Positions 57,684 to 64,000 of a stretch of DNA of 64,000 nt are shown here, piece after piece. Numbering within the stretch: position 1 is the first letter of the stretch; every line of letters starts with the position of its first letter. The stretch covers positions 10,949,832 through 11,013,831 of the forward strand of contig CM119264.1 in assembly GCA_051294375.1 (NCBI GenBank), read 5' to 3'. The DNA is from Paraspadella gotoi. Taxonomy: Eukaryota; Animalia; Chaetognatha. The notes beneath the pieces were generated by a model. It was not told where the DNA came from and did no database searches. It saw only the letters and a list, made by a program, of their open reading frames with translations. The translations under genes were made by a program, and so were the position numbers.

Positions 57684-58911
57684 GGGAGAGAGAGAGAGAG
57701 ATAGGTTTGACACAGATCGCCAGGAAGCCTATAAATCTTAAACAAACGATATAGCATACTTCAGCATATAATTTATGTTTGATGACGTCGACTACGACGA
57801 CGACGAAAGCGACGACAATGACGAGGAATCGACAAGGACGACGAAAACTATGCTGATCGAGATCTCATTAAATCAAATAAAGGAGGTCATCACGTCTTAA
57901 ACGAGGCTTTGACCTTCACTTCAAAGGCACTCTCGGTTGATCTAGCGATTTGGAAGAAGGAATACATTCTTTTATTTTATTTTGAGAAACTAATGCTAAA
58001 ACTCTCGTGAACGATACAAAAAATAATATATACTGAAGGTATAGTTTTTTTCGATTACTTAATTAAAAGATGCCTAAATGTTTAGCTAAAATAAGTTTTC
58101 TTTTTAAATTTGCTAGTGGAAAAATATTAGGAATCACTTCATTAATGTTTTTTTAAATTATTTATTATATAGTCAATTAATTTTTTTAGAAAATGGCTTG
58201 GTGGAGTTGTACTACTTTTGTAAGTGTATTTATTAATTAATAGTCATAGGATTGTTTAAAATAGGTTGTAGTCCATATAAAAGAATGTCAAAAAAGACTC
58301 AAAAACGGTCAATGTTTATGGAAAAGTTCGAAAAAATAACAAATAAAAAAAGGAAATGTAATACAATATTAGGTCGATTTTCATGGTGGCTTTTTAGTAT
58401 CATTCGACTTTCGAACAAAACATGATGAAAGAAACGCAAAACAAATAACTAATCTCGATTCCAGGCGTCCTTTTCCTCCTTTGCCTTGGAATTTGGAAAT
58501 AAAATATTTTTTAAAAAACGAACTCATAAAGTTTAAAAAAAGTCAGAAATAGAACATCAACCCCTATGTAAATGTAAAGTAACTCTTTTTTTTTCGTAAT
58601 ACTTAATTCAAAACTCCGAATAGAATGCATGACTTTGCTATTCTTTTTTTTCTTTTTGCGCTTCCAGGAGAGCATCCTACTGCTATGTCAATCCAATTGG
58701 CACTTCGTCGATCGCTTCGAACCGAAATAAATTTTTGGTAATCCCGTTTAATTTCTGCGCAAAAATAAATCTTGGGGAAAAAAATATAAATATTCGTTTG
58801 AAAATCGAACATTTCAACAAGCTTCCAACGATAATTTTTTTCACGATTTTTCTTCATAAGGGTGAGGATATGTGAATCCTGTTGCAATAGGATCCGAGAC
58901 GTTGAAGGCAC

Positions 58912-59024
<113 letters not shown>

Positions 59025-59194
59025 ACTTTCACATCTTCGACGCGGAAACGTCGCGAGTTGAAAAACGACGCTCTCCCATTGGTCGATTTCGGTTCCCAGG
59101 TCGACGGTGACGTCATCGCCACGCGATCCTCAATCGGCGCGCGACCGGCTGCCTTTTCTCGGGAGCCAGTTGCACGCGCCCGGGAAAGAGAGAA

Positions 59195-59268
<74 letters not shown>

Positions 59269-60312
59269 ATTGTGAGGACCGCTTGGCCAGGCGCATTCAT
59301 GGAATCTGATTGGTCTTTAGTCGTGAGCGCCTAAACGAGGATCGGCGCCCTATTGGTAGATGACGACGAACGGCGTCAGTGAAACGCCGACTAGCGGAAC
59401 TTAATATTGCACAAATACGCGATCGATGCCGAAGCCGTCGTCGTCGTCGTCGCTGGCTTCGGCGGCGTCGTTGGTGTCGCATTGGCATCTTTGTTTTGGA
59501 CGTTTAGGAGATTAAGAAGATCTAGGTACTGACAAGGATTAGGCTCCGGTCGTTGCCGTTGCAACGTTGTCGTTGTCGTCGTCGGCAGAAACGAACGACG
59601 ACGGAGAAATGTTAAAGGACGAAGGAAAGTAGAAACTGGGAACGAAATATATTTGTGCAGGAGTGCAAAAGGAGTGGCGTTGGAGTGGCCAAGAAAGGAT
59701 TAGAAGTGACGCAGGAGCGGTGAATGAGTCGTGGGTGAGACGTGGGTTTATTTCGCAAGCATCATCCTGTATTGTACAGTAAGGAGGACGGCACGCGCGC
59801 CCACGCCACCAGAATCTCGCATGCACGTTTTTCTAACGATGAAATGAAGTCTCCCTCTCAACCTCTCACTATTCCTAACTCCCTAGATTCCATCTTTCCC
59901 GATTTTCTTTTTATCTTACTATACTAAATTCTCTGTTTTATTACAATGTCTCAAGATTTTTTTATCACTCTAATAATTAAAGGGAACAAAAATTTATTTT
60001 TCTATATAATTTCAATATTTGTCAGTTTCAAACATTTACGTAAATTTTTTTTTTCGTCTAAAATATACTTAATACTTAATAAAAATATACTTAATACTTA
60101 ATCAAGTTAATGAAGTGGTCATTTTAAACAATTGCAATTACAACCACTTCATTGATAGGGAAGCCAGGTACTGTGAATAAAGGAGACTGTGAGAGAGTCT
60201 TTATTAAAAACTTGCTGGATCCTACTATGTTTTAAGACGGATGAAGGCTTTAAATCACCGTCGCCTGACCAAAGTCAGGGGCAAAATAGCTTATTTGAAT
60301 GAATGGATAATT

Positions 60313-61102
60313 TTTAGTCGGATCTGCTTATCAGCAGATCCCGACTCTATCATTCTTTTGTCGTCCGTCGGCCCGCCCCACTCAATCTTGTCGGGGCATT
60401 AACTTAAATCATGTCAGAACATCAAATTAATGAAATAAATTATTAAAGAAAATGATGTCCGTCCGTCTGTCCGTCCCCCCTTAGCAAAAAACTCCTATTT
60501 CTCGTAATTGGATGGTTTGGATTAAAATGAAATTTTGTGTGTGGGGTGGAAAGTGTGTGATTGAGCTGGTATAAAGTTTAGATGGAATCGTGCAAGTGGA
60601 AATTAGTTTTGAATCTTTTTACTAATTTTAACCCATAATTACTCAAATTCAAATTATCATAATTGGATGGATTGAATGAAAAGAAATGTGCAAGTTAAAA
60701 TGGTGCAAGTTAAAAAAATGGTGCAAGTTAAAAAAATGTACAAATTGAAAAAATTGTGCAAGTTGAAAAATGATGCCAGTTGAAAAAATGTGCGAATTGA
60801 AAAAATGGTGCAAGTTAAAAACGATGCCTGTTGAAAAAATGTTGCAAATTGAAAAAAAAAAAGTTTAAAAATAATAATAACAAATAAAATAATTAATTTG
60901 TTTTGTACCATAGTAATAGTTCAGTCTAATCCCTTGCAAGCGATTTATATGTATATGCGGAGCCATTGGTTTGGTATGGGACGATCTGTTATCATCAGTT
61001 ATGATCACAAAAATGAAAGAAATTTTCGTCATTTATCATCTGATTAGCTGATTACCGCTTAATTATCGTAGACAGATCCGACATTGTTTGCTCAAACTTG
61101 TT
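60313..61102 (+). mobile_element. DINE-1/HINE-like element, apparently complete copy
   Basis: 5' TTTTAGTCGGATCTGCT..AGCAGATCCCGACT hairpin, GTCY repeats ~60457, central tandem repeats 60690-60850, and 3' subterminal inverted repeat CAGATCCGAC (61073-61082) followed by a small stem-loop and T-rich end. Confidence 0.7.
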
Positions 61103-61194
61103 AATTTTTTAATTTTTTAATTTTAAAAATTTTAATTTTTTATTTTTAATTTTTTTGTTTTTTTTTTGTTTTACCAAATTCATACGAATTATTA

Positions 61195-61219
61195 NNNNNN
61201 NNNNNNNNNNNNNNNNNNN
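61195..61219. other. Assembly gap (N run) with duplicated flanks
   Basis: Run of N; ~60770-61194 is repeated at ~61220-61653. Confidence 0.95.
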
Positions 61220-64000
61220 AAGTTGAAAAAATGATGCCAGTTGAAAAAATGTGCGAATTGAAAAAATGGTGCAAGTTAAAAAAACGATGCCTGTTGAAAA
61301 AATGTTGCAAATTGAAAAAAAATAAAAGTTTAAAAATAATAATAACAAATAAAATAATTATTTGTTTGTACCATAGTAATAGTTCAGTCTAATCCCTTGC
61401 AAGCGATTTATATGTATATGCGGAGCCATTGGTTTGGTATGGGACGATCTGTTATCATCAGTTATGATCACAAAATGAAAGAATTTTCGTCATTTATCAT
61501 CTGATGAGCTGATTACCGCTTAATTATCGTAGACAGATCCGACATTGTTTGCTCAAACTTGTTAATTTTTTAATTTTTAATTTTTAAATTTTAATTTTTT
61601 AATTTTTAATTTTTTTGTTTTTTTTTTGTTTTACCAAATTCATACGAATTATTACATGGTGAGTCGACTTACCACCAGAGAGAGGAAGGGTTTAGAGAGA
61701 GAGACCGGTGGTAAGTCGCCTCAATGGCGATAATTGTTTCAGAAAGGAATTGTTCAGATTTCAATTTTCTTTCAATATCAACTTAGTCTTATTAGAAATA
61801 TATTTATAAATTTAATTTTTTATTTAAATAGAGATACCTTTAAAGCCTGAACTGCGCCTGCGCCTGCGTCTGAGGTTAAACTTTTGTTTCTTTTTCGTGC
61901 AGTGCAGATTTTGTTTTATTGGCTTTCCGCTTGAGGTTCGACCAGGAGACTTTCATCGCAAGAACATTCAATAAAAGAACAACGTTCCTGGTGGAAACAA
62001 TTTTTTGACTATTTTTCGTTGACCAAGGTTTTTGTATCCCGAGAAACTAATTTTTTGAATCAGAAATAAATTGTATGCGAAATGGGGACAGAAATTTAAA
62101 TATCATCACAGAAATTTAAATACCATAACACTATAAAAAATTGAAGGTACCATCTTGAAAAATGAATACAACAAATAGTACGAGTAACTTTTACAGCTTT
62201 TCATTAAAAGATCGAAGAAAATAATATACCTCTATAAAATATGAGCTTTTTTTTAATCTAATGAGCCTATTTTCAGCATGATATGATTAGAAATATCAGA
62301 GTGAGGAATAAAAGAAAAAAGGTATATAAAAATACTTTGCTTTAAAATAAAATTTTTAAACGTTAAAATTGATTTAATCTGTGTATAGCTTAATACTAAA
62401 ATCAAATGATGCATAAATTGAAATCCCCAAAGGTTATATTAGGTATAAGTATAATAATATATGGTTGTACTTATTTCATATTTAAAAAAATATTATCATA
62501 ATGTGGTAAATGATTGTTTTTTAAAAAATGTCATAAAAATTGAAAAGGCCAGATTTTTCGTTACATCTTTACTTTCTTTAAAACCTCATAACTAGGTTTT
62601 TAATCACATTTTATCGAACAATTATTAATCATTACAATTTTTTTAAATATATTATTTTTCCCCACGATTTTGATATCAAAGGGGCCTAAACTTAGGCTAA
62701 CGTTAGTTCGAAGTTTTGGCGACTTATTCATTTCCAAGATGGTAATTTAGGAATAGAATTATACTTATGCTTGGTCTGACTAAAATTCGAGGATTATTTA
62801 ATTTATCATGGACAATAAAATTTAAAAATGATAAATTACTTATATAGCAAGTCGGATTAATAGTGAGCCCTCATTTGATGATAAAATTCGACAAAAAAAT
62901 TGGTGAGAATATTCAATGTAATATTAGAAAAGCTAGAAAAATATTTTCAAAATATTTCGAACGGGAAAAAAAGTTTTCAACGCTTCATTCCCTAAAACGA
63001 AGTCTAACACCATCACAGTACCAAAACCGCCCTCTCTATGTCGAAAAGGGAAATTGACAGTAAAACGCCGCCTCCGCCGCCGCGGCTCCAAGAACCTCGT
63101 CCATCACCGTTGCGCCGCTGCTGAAGCGAAAAGTCGGCGACGCGCCAGCCGCAGCGTGAACGGAAAACTGCAGCAGCCGCGACTTGCGGCAGTCTCCCTT
63201 GGTGTATGTTCGCTGTACGTGTTAAGGCGATTATTTGTTGTGTTCGAGCATGGTGTAGTTCGAGGTTCGTCGCCTTTATCAAACCTCGTTAAAAAAGTCC
63301 CTCCCTTTCTCAACCAACATCGTCGAAGGAGAGGCACTTGTCTTGAGACGGCGAAAGTCCTTTACAACAGTTGTCTCCATAATTCGTCAAAACACTTATA
63401 AGCGCTTTCCCTTCGCTCAACCCGGATATGACAGGCGTATTCTTGAGGATATATATGTTCGAAATTGCGGAAAATTTTATTTGGATTGAGCTTATTATCA
63501 ATTAAGAGTCTTCGTGTATCGCTTTACATTTTTGCCATTGTAAAAGGGTGACACAATGCCATAAATAAAACTCTCGCATCTTCAAAAGGCTACTTTCCCT
63601 TGTTTCATCTACCTCTGGTTGTGAACTTAGCTCTTCTTCGTATGTATAAAGGAAGTCGTTGGCTCGAACCCGATCTCTACTGATGGAAAGCGATATCGGA
63701 GACTGAAAAATTACATTGGCCATTGTCTATAGATTTAAAAAATAAAATAAATAAAATGGAGAAAAAACATGAAGTAGTCATTATAAATATTCTTCGGCGC
63801 AACAATTTCCCTTTCCCTTTCTGTAAAACGTTTTATCGACTAAAAAATAAAAACGGGAGCACTGAATTAGTATTTTAAATTAAAAAAAAATCACTTGTTG
63901 TTCCTGTCTGTTCGACCGGTTCGATCGGTACCGAAGCCTCGGTAACGCTATCTCTCACCATTTTTTGTTATTCGCAAAGAAAAACATGAGGTCATCGTGT

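Noticed and set aside
60770-61653. Tandem duplication of ~430 bp
   Set aside because: The near-identical copies directly flank an N gap, so this is most likely unmerged contig overlap or two haplotypes.
63013-63723. Possible exons of a gene at the window end
   Set aside because: Several short ORFs on both strands with no recognisable product; left unresolved.

Overview
AT-rich, intron-containing eukaryotic DNA, most likely from an arthropod or other ecdysozoan (peritrophin-A chitin-binding gene, invertebrate-type Ca-channel beta subunit), with very abundant (GA)n/(GAAA)n/(GTC)n microsatellites. These repeats generate most of the spurious ORFs in the supplied track. Five spliced genes can be assembled by hand: (1) a ~100-aa signal-peptide / twin-CX3C / HDEL ER-luminal protein (-, 363-873); (2) a divergent HLH protein (-, ~11.3-12.7 kb); (3) a complete 14-exon, 773-aa plant-type C2-domain phospholipase D (+, 17968-23315); (4) a secreted two-domain chitin-binding protein (+, 27775-32008); (5) a voltage-gated Ca2+ channel beta subunit (-, ~35.2-50.9 kb, possibly to 53.4 kb) with candidate alternative N-termini and several alternative last exons, including a 357-aa Gly/Pro/His/RGG low-complexity tail. 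Mobile DNA includes a tRNA-derived SINE-like family (3 copies), two Tc1/mariner-type MITEs and DINE-1/HINE-like elements. All models come from manual translation and splice-site reading; no database or RNA evidence was available.
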